Below, piece after piece: positions 1 through 8,400 of a stretch of DNA of 38,998 bases (positions are counted from its first letter, which is position 1; every line of letters starts with the position of its first letter). The stretch spans positions 1-38,998 of IMG/VR virus record IMGVR_UViG_3300038520_000727. One strand, 5' to 3'. Source of the stretch: a virus (taxonomy: Duplodnaviria; Caudoviricetes). Position numbers and translations under genes: made by a program. The notes below the pieces were generated by a model. It ran no database searches. It was not told where the DNA came from and was given only the letters and a program-made list of their open reading frames with translations.

Positions 1-2
1 AA

Positions 3-335
3 CTAAAGCCAAACAGTGGTTCACTGTGGACTGCAAAGTCTAAAAAGAGCGCTAAGAGCCCTGACATCACAGGCAAGTTAAAAGTAGTTATGTCTGACTT
101 AGATGTTGAGACTGATTACGATGAAAGGGGCAATAGAATTGAAATCGCTATAATGAAGCTGTCTGCTTGGAGAAAAACAACGAAGGAGGGAGATAAGTAT
201 CTTTCTCTTAGTTTAAACACTTATAAATCCGAAGAGGAAAAAGCTAGAGCAGAGGAGAAGGCTAAGTTAAATAACAGTCACCAATCTTCAAATGAAATCA
301 AGTCTGAGAAGATAGACCCTGATATACCCTTCTAG
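3..335 (+). CDS. 5'-truncated SSB-like / DUF736-like single-stranded DNA-binding protein
   Basis: The frame is open from position 3 (LKPNSGSLWTAKSKKSAKSPDITGKL...), so the start lies upstream of the window. It contains 'LSAW...YLSLS' and ends in the acidic SSB-type tail DPDIPF. Confidence 0.6.
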   Translation, partial: LKPNSGSLWTAKSKKSAKSPDITGKLKVVMSDLDVETDYDERGNRIEIAIMKLSAWRKTTKEGDKYLSLSLNTYKSEEEKARAEEKAKLNNSHQSSNEIKSEKIDPDIPF

Positions 336-343
336 GAGAGACT

Positions 344-760
344 ATGGTAGATGCTTTACATTTTGAATCAATAAAGATGGCTCTTAAACAGGATGCTACC
401 GGCTTTGTTTTAACTTTGCGAGTACACCCTGATGAGTTGCCAGAAGAATTGTTTAGAGATTTTTGTGGAGCACGATACATGGTTGCCATGGCTAGAATTA
501 ACGATGATGAGACCCCTGTTTCCTATAGGAATAGAACTAAGGAAGCAGGGATTCTTTGTAAGAATAAATCGTTCTGGGAATATTTATCTAGTGAGATAGG
601 TGAAGAAGTTTCTTCTGAGCCATCTGCTGTAAAAGTTTTGTATTCAATTTGTGCAATCAATAGTCGTGTTGAACTAAATAATAACCCAAAAGCAAAGAAA
701 GCTTTTGACAATATGATGGAGGAATATAATGGTTGGTCAAGAGAAAAATTCGGAGTCTAG
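344..760 (+). CDS. hypothetical phage protein
   Basis: 138-aa ORF with AGGAG RBS upstream; no family recognised. Confidence 0.75.
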   Translation: MVDALHFESIKMALKQDATGFVLTLRVHPDELPEELFRDFCGARYMVAMARINDDETPVSYRNRTKEAGILCKNKSFWEYLSSEIGEEVSSEPSAVKVLYSICAINSRVELNNNPKAKKAFDNMMEEYNGWSREKFGV

Positions 761-1022
761 TGGTAAGCACGTTCCTTTAATGATTTATATGCCACAGACA
801 ATGATTGATGAAGTAAAAGGGTTTGCTACACATAACAATATATCTGTATCGGAAGCTATGCGTTTAGGCTTTAAGGCAATAATGAAAGGAGATAATCCTT
901 ATCTCAATGGGTACAAGGCAGGCATAGATGACTGTATGGCCCTAGTTGATAAATTTATAATTGAGATGCAATCTAAGCAAAGTGGATTTGAACAAGATAT
1001 AAGGAAACTTGTAAATGATTGA
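729..1022 (+). CDS. putative ribbon-helix-helix DNA-binding protein
   Basis: The pattern 'PLMIYMPQTMIDEVKGFATHNNISVSEAMRLGF' fits a CopG/Arc-type strand-helix-helix. Confidence 0.5.
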   Translation: MVGQEKNSESSGKHVPLMIYMPQTMIDEVKGFATHNNISVSEAMRLGFKAIMKGDNPYLNGYKAGIDDCMALVDKFIIEMQSKQSGFEQDIRKLVND

Positions 1023-1335
1023 GGACGATGCTGTAAACCCAAAACATTATAAATCAGAAATCGTTGAAACTATTTACGCATTAAAATCTGCCTCCAGCCG
1101 GGAGGAGTTTCAAGGCCACCTACGTTTAAACGCTCTTAAGTATTTAATGCGTTACGGTAGAAAAGTAGTTGATGGTAATGCTTATGCGAGTAAGTTAAAC
1201 GATTTACGAAAAGCTATGTGGTACCTTAAATTTTTGGAAAACGAAGTTAAAAAGGAAGAAATGTATGGGCATAGGGGGACGAAAATCAGAACTGAAAATA
1301 AAAGTACATCAATACATGAAACAGGAAATGAATAA
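1015..1335 (+). CDS. DUF3310 (SaV / T7 gp1.7-like) family protein
   Basis: Motifs DAVNPKHY, 'GHLRLNALKYLMRYGRK' and 'DLRKAMWYL'. Confidence 0.85.
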   Translation: MIEDDAVNPKHYKSEIVETIYALKSASSREEFQGHLRLNALKYLMRYGRKVVDGNAYASKLNDLRKAMWYLKFLENEVKKEEMYGHRGTKIRTENKSTSIHETGNE

Positions 1336-1579
1336 TAATGGGTTTTCTCCTAATGAACTTGCTGAAGCACTCGACACCTCTGCTAATTTGATTAGAGAGT
1401 CACTTCTTAGATTAGAAAGAGATAGATCAGTGTACAGGCTACCTATTCCCGACAAAAAAAGGCAGTATGTTTACTTTGTAAAAGAGCAAACTCCTCCTGC
1501 ATTAGGAGGATGGAAAAACCTTGATAACATTGACGTATCTTTATTCGCTAGAGACAGATTGAAAAAAGGAGACAAATGA
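1265..1579 (+). CDS. putative winged helix-turn-helix protein
   Basis: 'FSPNELAEALDTSANLIRESLLRLERDRSVYR' followed by a beta-wing (RQYVYFV). Start codon uncertain. Confidence 0.55.
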   Translation: MGIGGRKSELKIKVHQYMKQEMNNNGFSPNELAEALDTSANLIRESLLRLERDRSVYRLPIPDKKRQYVYFVKEQTPPALGGWKNLDNIDVSLFARDRLKKGDK

Positions 1580-1821
1580 AATTAATAATCAGTTTTTTAC
1601 TAGGAGTTTGGTTTTCTTGGGGCTGGATAGAAAAGTATAACGGCGAGACGTTTGATTTATGGACTGAAGCTTACACAGTTGGTAAAGACGACGGTTATAG
1701 GTTGGGTCGTTCAGAAGCTTCAATACACTATGACCATACATTTCAAGAAAAAGAAGCGATGTGTTTATTTCTTTACGCAGACAAAGGGACAGTTTTTGGA
1801 ACAAAAAGGGTAGAAAATTGA
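1576..1821 (+). CDS. small protein with N-terminal hydrophobic/signal segment
   Basis: N-terminus MKLIISFLLGVWFSWGW; AGGAG RBS; ATGA overlap with the upstream gene. Confidence 0.65.
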   Translation: MKLIISFLLGVWFSWGWIEKYNGETFDLWTEAYTVGKDDGYRLGRSEASIHYDHTFQEKEAMCLFLYADKGTVFGTKRVEN

Positions 1822-2369
1822 TGGACAACAAAGCTCTGTGTCTGCCTAATAAAAAGTATAAAATTATATACGCTGACCCGCCTTGGACTTATAGAGATAA
1901 AGCTTCTTCTGGTAAAAGAGGTTCTTATTACAAGTATGAACTACAAGACCATAATTGGATTTGCAATCTATCTGTCAGAGACATTGCTGACGACAACTGT
2001 GTTTTATTCCTGTGGGTGACTATGCCCCAATTACCGAAAGTTTTTGAAGTTATATACGCATGGAATTTTAAATACAAAACATGTGCTTTTACTTGGGTAA
2101 AGAAAAATAAAATCAAAAACAGTTGGTTTATGGGTATGGGTAATTGGACAAGATCTAACTCTGAATTATGTTTATTAGCGACAAAGGGTAAGCCAAAAAG
2201 AATCGACGCAAGTGTTTTAAGTGTGGTTGAAACTCCAATAGAAAAGCATAGTAAAAAGCCTGATGTGATAAAAGACCATATTGTTAAACTATGTGGCGAT
2301 CTACCTAGAATCGAGTTGTTTGCTAGACAAAAGACAAAAGGATGGGATTCATGGGGAAATGAGGTTTGA
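1821..2369 (+). CDS. MT-A70 family N6-adenine DNA methyltransferase
   Basis: IIYADPPW catalytic motif, plus 'LFLWVT', 'MGMGNWTRSNSELCL', 'HSKKP' and 'RIELFAR...GWDSWGNE'. Start placed at the TGATG overlap (1821) rather than 1761. Confidence 0.9.
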   Translation: MDNKALCLPNKKYKIIYADPPWTYRDKASSGKRGSYYKYELQDHNWICNLSVRDIADDNCVLFLWVTMPQLPKVFEVIYAWNFKYKTCAFTWVKKNKIKNSWFMGMGNWTRSNSELCLLATKGKPKRIDASVLSVVETPIEKHSKKPDVIKDHIVKLCGDLPRIELFARQKTKGWDSWGNEV

Positions 2370-2398
2370 ATTAATCCAAACAATACGAGGAAATAATT

Positions 2399-2545
2399 AT
2401 GTTAACAATAGAACTTTTAAAAGAGAAAGGATTTAAGGTCACTGAAATTAAAAAACAATTGACGGAATATCAAAAATGCAAACTACCACTCATTCAAGAA
2501 AAAGGAAAGATTTATTTGTGCCAACGCAAAAGGGAGAAAGTATGA
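2399..2545 (+). CDS. 48-aa hypothetical protein (not in ORF track)
   Basis: MLTIELLKEKGFKVTEIKKQLTEYQKCKLPLIQEKGKIYLCQRKREKV; GAGG RBS; its stop overlaps the ATG at 2542 (ATGA). Confidence 0.6.
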   Translation: MLTIELLKEKGFKVTEIKKQLTEYQKCKLPLIQEKGKIYLCQRKREKV

Positions 2546-3357
2546 CAGAGTTTACAATCCATGATTCTAAAAAACCAAGTTTAAACATCGGAGATGTTTC
2601 AAAACCTGACTGTGTTTTGATCGCTACTCCCATGTACGGAGGAATGTGTACAGGCCATTTTACTTTAGGAATTATAAATACAATTAATCGATTTAGACAG
2701 TTAGGTATAGAGTGTCATCTTGCTACTTTAATGAACGAATCTTTAATAACCAGAGCCAGAAATGAGTTAGCAAGAATGTTTTTAGATGATGAAAAATTTA
2801 CACATTTAATGTTTATTGATGCTGATATTTATTTTGAGTATGATGCGGTAGAAAAATTATTTAATCACGACGAAGATATTATATGTGCCTTATATCCTAA
2901 AAAAGAAATAAACTGGGAAAGGGTAAGAAAAGCTGTTGAGAGGAATAGAAAAGACTTAAACTATTACGCTTCAAATTTTGCATTTAACTTGCCTTTGGGA
3001 ACTGATGATATTAAGTTAAATAATAAAGGTTTATTGGAAGTTCGCCATGCAGGCACAGGGTTTATGATGATTAAGAGAAAAGTTTTTGAAAAACTATCTA
3101 GTCACGTTCCTGAATACCGATCTTCTACTTTACAAGATCCGTCTGGTAAATATATTAAACCTATAGCAAAACAGTTTTTTGACACTAGCATAGACAGCAC
3201 AGGGGCTTTGTTATCAGAAGATTATCATTTCTGCGAACTTTGGTCCAATCATGGAGGTAAAGTTTTTGTTGATCTTAATATACATTTAAAGCATATTGGC
3301 ACTCATATATTTGAAGCAGACACTTCGGAAATGTTTAAAAATGGCAAAAACATATAG
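2542..3357 (+). CDS. GT-A fold glycosyltransferase-like protein
   Basis: 'LIATPMYGG', 'ESLITRARN', the DxD motif in 'THLMFIDADI', 'GTGFMMIKR' and 'LSEDYHFC'. Start at 2542 behind GGAG. Confidence 0.8.
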   Translation: MTEFTIHDSKKPSLNIGDVSKPDCVLIATPMYGGMCTGHFTLGIINTINRFRQLGIECHLATLMNESLITRARNELARMFLDDEKFTHLMFIDADIYFEYDAVEKLFNHDEDIICALYPKKEINWERVRKAVERNRKDLNYYASNFAFNLPLGTDDIKLNNKGLLEVRHAGTGFMMIKRKVFEKLSSHVPEYRSSTLQDPSGKYIKPIAKQFFDTSIDSTGALLSEDYHFCELWSNHGGKVFVDLNIHLKHIGTHIFEADTSEMFKNGKNI

Positions 3358-3925
3358 AAGAGTTGTTCTTGATGATGATCACTGGGACAGGGCTTCAAAA
3401 AGAGTGGAGGAGTCAAAAATTTTTAGAAACTCTCATAGAAAAATAGAGGCAAATCAAGTTGGTTATTTGGGAGAAATAGTCTTTGAAGATTTCTTAAAAA
3501 AACACGATATAAGTTTTATAGATGATAGAAGTAAGACAACACATGATTATGTTATAAACGGTTTATTAACTTTGGATTTAAAAACGAAAGACAGAACAGT
3601 AAGGCCTTTACAGCATTTTGATAATTCTGTTCCTTTGTATAATCACAGTCATCAGAGACCTGATTACTATTATTTTATTTCACTGCTTAGGGATAGAAGC
3701 GATAACTCAAAAAATATTAACAGATTTACTCACGCATTTATTATGGGCGGTGTGGACATAAAAACAATTGACACAAACGGAAAACATTGGAAAAAAGACG
3801 ACATAGATCCATCAAATGGCACTAAATTTTGGACTGATTGTTTAAACATTGATATGGGAAACCTAATTGAAAACCAATATATGTTGAGTATTTTTAAAAA
3901 GGAAAAAACAGATGAAATTCTCTAA
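3341..3925 (+). CDS. putative PD-(D/E)xK restriction-endonuclease-fold protein
   Basis: Helix 'GYLGEIVF', then 'HDYVING...LDLKTK', giving E...D...DxK spacing. Confidence 0.55.
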   Translation: MAKTYRRVVLDDDHWDRASKRVEESKIFRNSHRKIEANQVGYLGEIVFEDFLKKHDISFIDDRSKTTHDYVINGLLTLDLKTKDRTVRPLQHFDNSVPLYNHSHQRPDYYYFISLLRDRSDNSKNINRFTHAFIMGGVDIKTIDTNGKHWKKDDIDPSNGTKFWTDCLNIDMGNLIENQYMLSIFKKEKTDEIL

Positions 3926-4148
3926 ACAATATGCAAAACAATTATCTAAGATGGATGACGACTTAAAAGAAGTTGCTATTGCCATGTATGAAACTCATAA
4001 AGGATTTCCATTTTATATAGTTGCTCAAAAAATAGATATGAATTCTGTTGAATTTTATGACAGGTTGGTGTTGGTTAAAAAATTATTAGGTATACCGGCA
4101 GGGCCAAAAAGACAAAGTTTTGAGCCCGGCGGACCTATTTGGAAATGA
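3912..4148 (+). CDS. hypothetical protein
   Basis: 78-aa ORF overlapping both neighbouring genes. Confidence 0.65.
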   Translation: MKFSKQYAKQLSKMDDDLKEVAIAMYETHKGFPFYIVAQKIDMNSVEFYDRLVLVKKLLGIPAGPKRQSFEPGGPIWK

Positions 4149-5119
4149 TTAAATTTGATTTGCGTATTGGAAGCTGTTTAAAAGTCTTACAAGAGTTGCC
4201 TGACAACTATTTTCACACTTGCGTCACTTCTCCTCCATATTGGGGGTTGAGAGATTATGGCACAGGTAAATGGGTTGGGGGAGACGTAAATTGTCCTCAC
4301 AAAAGAACTACTAAAATTGGTAAGACTGTAAAAACAATCACAGGTCATCAGGGTATGCACGACCAAGGTTCAGTGGTTGGAGACGCTATTTATAAATCTG
4401 TTTGTCCAAAATGCGGTGCAGTCAGAAGCGATGAACAACTGGGTCTTGAGGAAACTCCTGAATTATATATTAATAAACTAGTAAGTGTCTTCGCTAAAGT
4501 ACATCGAGTCTTGAGAAACGATGGAACTATTTGGGTAAACCTTGGCGATACCTACGGCAAGGAAAAAGGTTTAATCGGTATACCTTGGAAGTTTGCGTTT
4601 GCTATGCAGGAGTTTGGTTGGTATTTAAGACAAGATATAATCTGGCACAAACCGAACCCAATGCCTGAGTCTGTCAAAGATAGATGCACAAAATCACATG
4701 AGTATATATTTTTATTATCTAAAAAACCTCATTATTACTTTGATAGTGAAGCTATTTCTGAAGAAGCTAATTATAAAGGTGTAGATAGGGGTGGGTCTAC
4801 AAATCGATATGAACAAAATAATTTTGGGGCAGATAATCGACAATACGATAAAAGAAACAAGCGTTCTGTATGGTCTGTTTGTCCTAGTGCTTATAAGGAG
4901 GCACATTTTGCAGTGTTTCCAGAAGAACTTATAACCCCTTGTATTTTATCTGGCTCTCCTGAATACGGAAATGTTTTAGACCCTTTTGGTGGTTCAGGAA
5001 CTGTTGGTTTAGCGTGTAAACGGCACAAAAGAAACGTCACCTTGATCGAACTTAATCCAAAATATGAAAAGTTTATTAGATCAAGATACAAAGAACCAGT
5101 ACAGGATTTATTGGTGTGA
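4145..5119 (+). CDS. N4-cytosine/N6-adenine DNA methyltransferase (beta class)
   Basis: VTSPPYW catalytic motif near the N-terminus and VLDPFGGSGT SAM-binding motif near the C-terminus; also 'IIWHKPNPMPESVKDR' and 'HFAVFP'. Start at the ATGA overlap (4145). Confidence 0.92.
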   Translation: MIKFDLRIGSCLKVLQELPDNYFHTCVTSPPYWGLRDYGTGKWVGGDVNCPHKRTTKIGKTVKTITGHQGMHDQGSVVGDAIYKSVCPKCGAVRSDEQLGLEETPELYINKLVSVFAKVHRVLRNDGTIWVNLGDTYGKEKGLIGIPWKFAFAMQEFGWYLRQDIIWHKPNPMPESVKDRCTKSHEYIFLLSKKPHYYFDSEAISEEANYKGVDRGGSTNRYEQNNFGADNRQYDKRNKRSVWSVCPSAYKEAHFAVFPEELITPCILSGSPEYGNVLDPFGGSGTVGLACKRHKRNVTLIELNPKYEKFIRSRYKEPVQDLLV

Positions 5120-5409
5120 GTAGATTAAAAGATAAAAAATGGTTTAATCAATTACAAGATATAGGTTGTATAGTTTGTTATAACGAAGGTAAACCAAGAG
5201 TTCCGGCGGACATCCATCATATACTGAAAAACAGTAGGAGGGTGGACCATTTGCATACCATTCCTTTATGCTTCCATCACCATAGGGAAGGGTCTAATAA
5301 TGGTAGATGGGTGTCTCGCCATCCTTGGAAAAAAGAGTTTGAAAAAAGATACGGGGATGAGTGGGAATTGTTTAAACAGGTTAAACAGATTATCGCAGAT
5401 ATGACCTGA
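5116..5409 (+). CDS. Ref / DUF968-like HNH-type zinc nuclease
   Basis: GCIVC ... ADIHH ... TIPLCFHHHR. Confidence 0.75.
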   Translation: MSRLKDKKWFNQLQDIGCIVCYNEGKPRVPADIHHILKNSRRVDHLHTIPLCFHHHREGSNNGRWVSRHPWKKEFEKRYGDEWELFKQVKQIIADMT

Positions 5410-8400
5410 ACTGATTTATATTAGATAATAAATTCATTTCGGCAGTGCGTATAGCATTTAGAGTTTGTTTCTTTAACTCCGGAGCCATGCTTGGGCTCTC
5501 TAATATAAAGTTTCTTTCCATTCTCAAAGACTTCAAATCTTTGTCTAGCTGTCTTATGTATGGTGCTAAATCTATTAGAGGTTGTTTCTCATTCAAGTAT
5601 TCAAGTAACTCGTTAGTCTTTCCTGTTCTTTCTAAATGATTGATTGTAGCAACTGCCTTGTCTAATTCTTCTCTTAATTTAAAGAAATCTGTTTTTGGTT
5701 TTGTTCCTTCGGGACTAGCAAAAAATCTTTTTAAGACTGGCATTTGTTCAGGATTAAAAGTTGGTTTGATTGGGTCTCCTTGCCCTCTGAATATAGAATC
5801 CAACAACATCACAGCGTAACTGCCTAAAGTACCTGTATATCCTCTAACTAGATAATCTATTTGAATCGGTGATATTCCTGTGTTTTCACCTATACTTCTT
5901 GCAAATAAAGATGTACCGTTGTTTGCCTGATATCTTTCTTCTATACCTTCCTGTCCTAGTCCTACGATTCTTTCGCCTGTAAAGAATGAATGGTTTGAGG
6001 TAACTTCAATCAATGGTTTTGCAACCTGCGGTATAGGTAGGAAGTTGAATGTTGAAACTAAATTCCTTGTCATAGATTCTGCTAGGTCATCAGCCTTCTG
6101 ATGCCCCATGAAGTATGCAGATAATCTCTCAGGGATTGTTTTAAATAATATTCCTAATTCAAATGGAACTGGCAGTTTAGCTGAACCTACAATCCAGTTT
6201 AAATCTCTTTGCTCATCCTCCGCTGTCTGGTATTCTTCTTCGTCTTTTGCTAAGTAGTAGTATAAAACAGATGAAGCAATCATAAATAGTGCTCTATTTA
6301 AAAATGCTTTGTGTCTGGCCGCTTGGTTTTTGGTAGCCATCTTACCCATACCAACCCTGTAAAGAACGTCTAAACCTTGTATACGCGCGTTTAAGAATGG
6401 TATGGAGGCCGCTAGTATTCTAATAATTGGACTAGAACCTTTTCTGTTAAAGTTCATTATCTCTATTGCCTGATACACAGCGTCTGCTCTTGAACCGCCA
6501 TTCTTTAAAACTTGTTCAGCTACAGCCGCCCTTGTGGATATATCAGATAATGTTGTACCTTTTTCTAGCTGTCTCCACAGTGTTAACGGTGCTTGTCCTG
6601 CTTTATCAAGCCCTGTTAATGTACCTGCCCTTTCTCTCATTTGTCTTCTGACTTCTTCGGCTGTGTCTAGTACGTTTGCCTTGAACTCGTAACCTGTACC
6701 GACTCCTGCACTCATAAGAAGCTGTGCCTCTGGAGACATATTTGCGGCAGTTTGTGTCAATTGTTTGAGAGAACTAATTATAGGTGTGTATCCTTTTGCT
6801 CCACTGGTGAACCATGCAGAAAAAGAATCCCTGAATAAGTTTGCCATCATAAATCCGGGGTCTCTTGTTACCATCTCTCTCAACACTGTAGCTGGTTTAG
6901 ACAGGATTTGTATTCCCGGTATATGCGGAGTTGTAAACGATTGCATAGACGACAGAAGCAGAGGGTCGGCAACTCTGTAATATACATCCTTACCATCTTC
7001 TCTGATTCTGATTACATCGTTATCCCCTGCAAACTTCTTGTTAACCTTCATAGCATAAGGGACATTCATGGCAGGGTCGTTCAATCTGACTGCATAACTT
7101 ATAGTTTTTCTAGCCGCCTCGTTTTTCAATCCTGCTTCTATTGCGGCTCTTGTATTTTGTACAACATTTAAAAAGAAATCATCAAGCTTTTGCTCTCCAC
7201 CTTTTATCTTAGGCGTTAGTCTTTGTCCTGCAAGACCGGACAATAATCTTGGACCAGATGTTTCTTCACCTTCCATTTGTCTATAGAAAGGAATATAGAA
7301 AGAATCTCTCATCCATGACTCACCCATCTCTTTGGATAGGACTCCAGTATCAATGAGGTATTTAACTAACGAGCGATTAAACGTCTGATAATCTTTTCGT
7401 ACTTGTTCAAACTCTGGGAATGTCTTGGCTAGTTCATCAGCTTTCTTAATGTCTTCCGGCGTAAATAGTTTCTCGGTGTATTGAGGCTTGGGGTCTTTTG
7501 GTAGATTAGCTAAAAGAGTTTTCTTTCTTTTTGCTTCTTCAAATGTTAATGGGCCTGTACCAAACTGAGATTCTATTCTTGCTCTTTCAATTTCTATTTC
7601 TTTTCGTACCTTAGCTACCCTTGCTTTTTCTTTAGCGACTAACTCTTGTGAACGCTTGGCAGACATATAGTATTGGAAAGCTTTAAACACATATCCGTCT
7701 GGGTCATCTCTAGCCATCAAGGGCTCTAGCACTTCCATCAAACCTTTATGTATTTTCTTTCCATCTTTGTCTACGGATTCTACGAGAGTGATTCCTCCAT
7801 CCAGTACTGGCACCCCACGTTTAAACGCTTCTGAAGATACCGCAGCACCGAAATCAGAGAATACAGCAGAGGCCAAAGCGTTAACTTCACCTCTTAAAAC
7901 ATCGAATCCTTCTGGTAAGTTTTTTGCCGCAATGTTCATTAACCTTTCTATACCTTCGTACTGGTTAATAAACGCTTGTCTAAACCTTCCAAATATAGAA
8001 TCAATCCCTTCTGGACTTGTAACGCTAACAACAGTTTTTGCTAACTCTTGTTCTTTTACAGTGGAGATTGTTTTGTTGATTCTTTCGACTGTATCTTTAC
8101 CTAATCTTTCTTCTACTTCTGCTTCAAACTGATACTTAAACTGTGACTTCTCTCCTAGTAAAGGCTTCTTAGCAAGTATTAAACCACCTACCTGTATTAC
8201 TTCGTCTGCCGCAATTACAGGTTTTTGATTGTGTCTGGTGTAAAAATATGAATGTCTTCTGGGGTTATATCCTACCTGAACCCATTGTTTTTCGTCTTTT
8301 GGAGTTCCATCTTCGTTAAAATGTTCTTCCATTATTGAGTTAGCTTCAGATACATTTTGTTCCGTAGTTTGTGGCACAAAATTTCCGTTATAGGTAGCAA

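Noticed and set aside
1761-1820. Longer N-termini given by the ORF track (starts at 1761, 2476, 3296, 38558)
   Set aside because: Downstream ATGs (1821, 2542, 3341, 38540) fit better, having RBS or stop/start coupling, or less overlap with the upstream gene.
5390-5409. Bidirectional terminator at the convergence of the two arms
   Set aside because: The two genes overlap by 20 nt and no convincing hairpin with a T-run was found.
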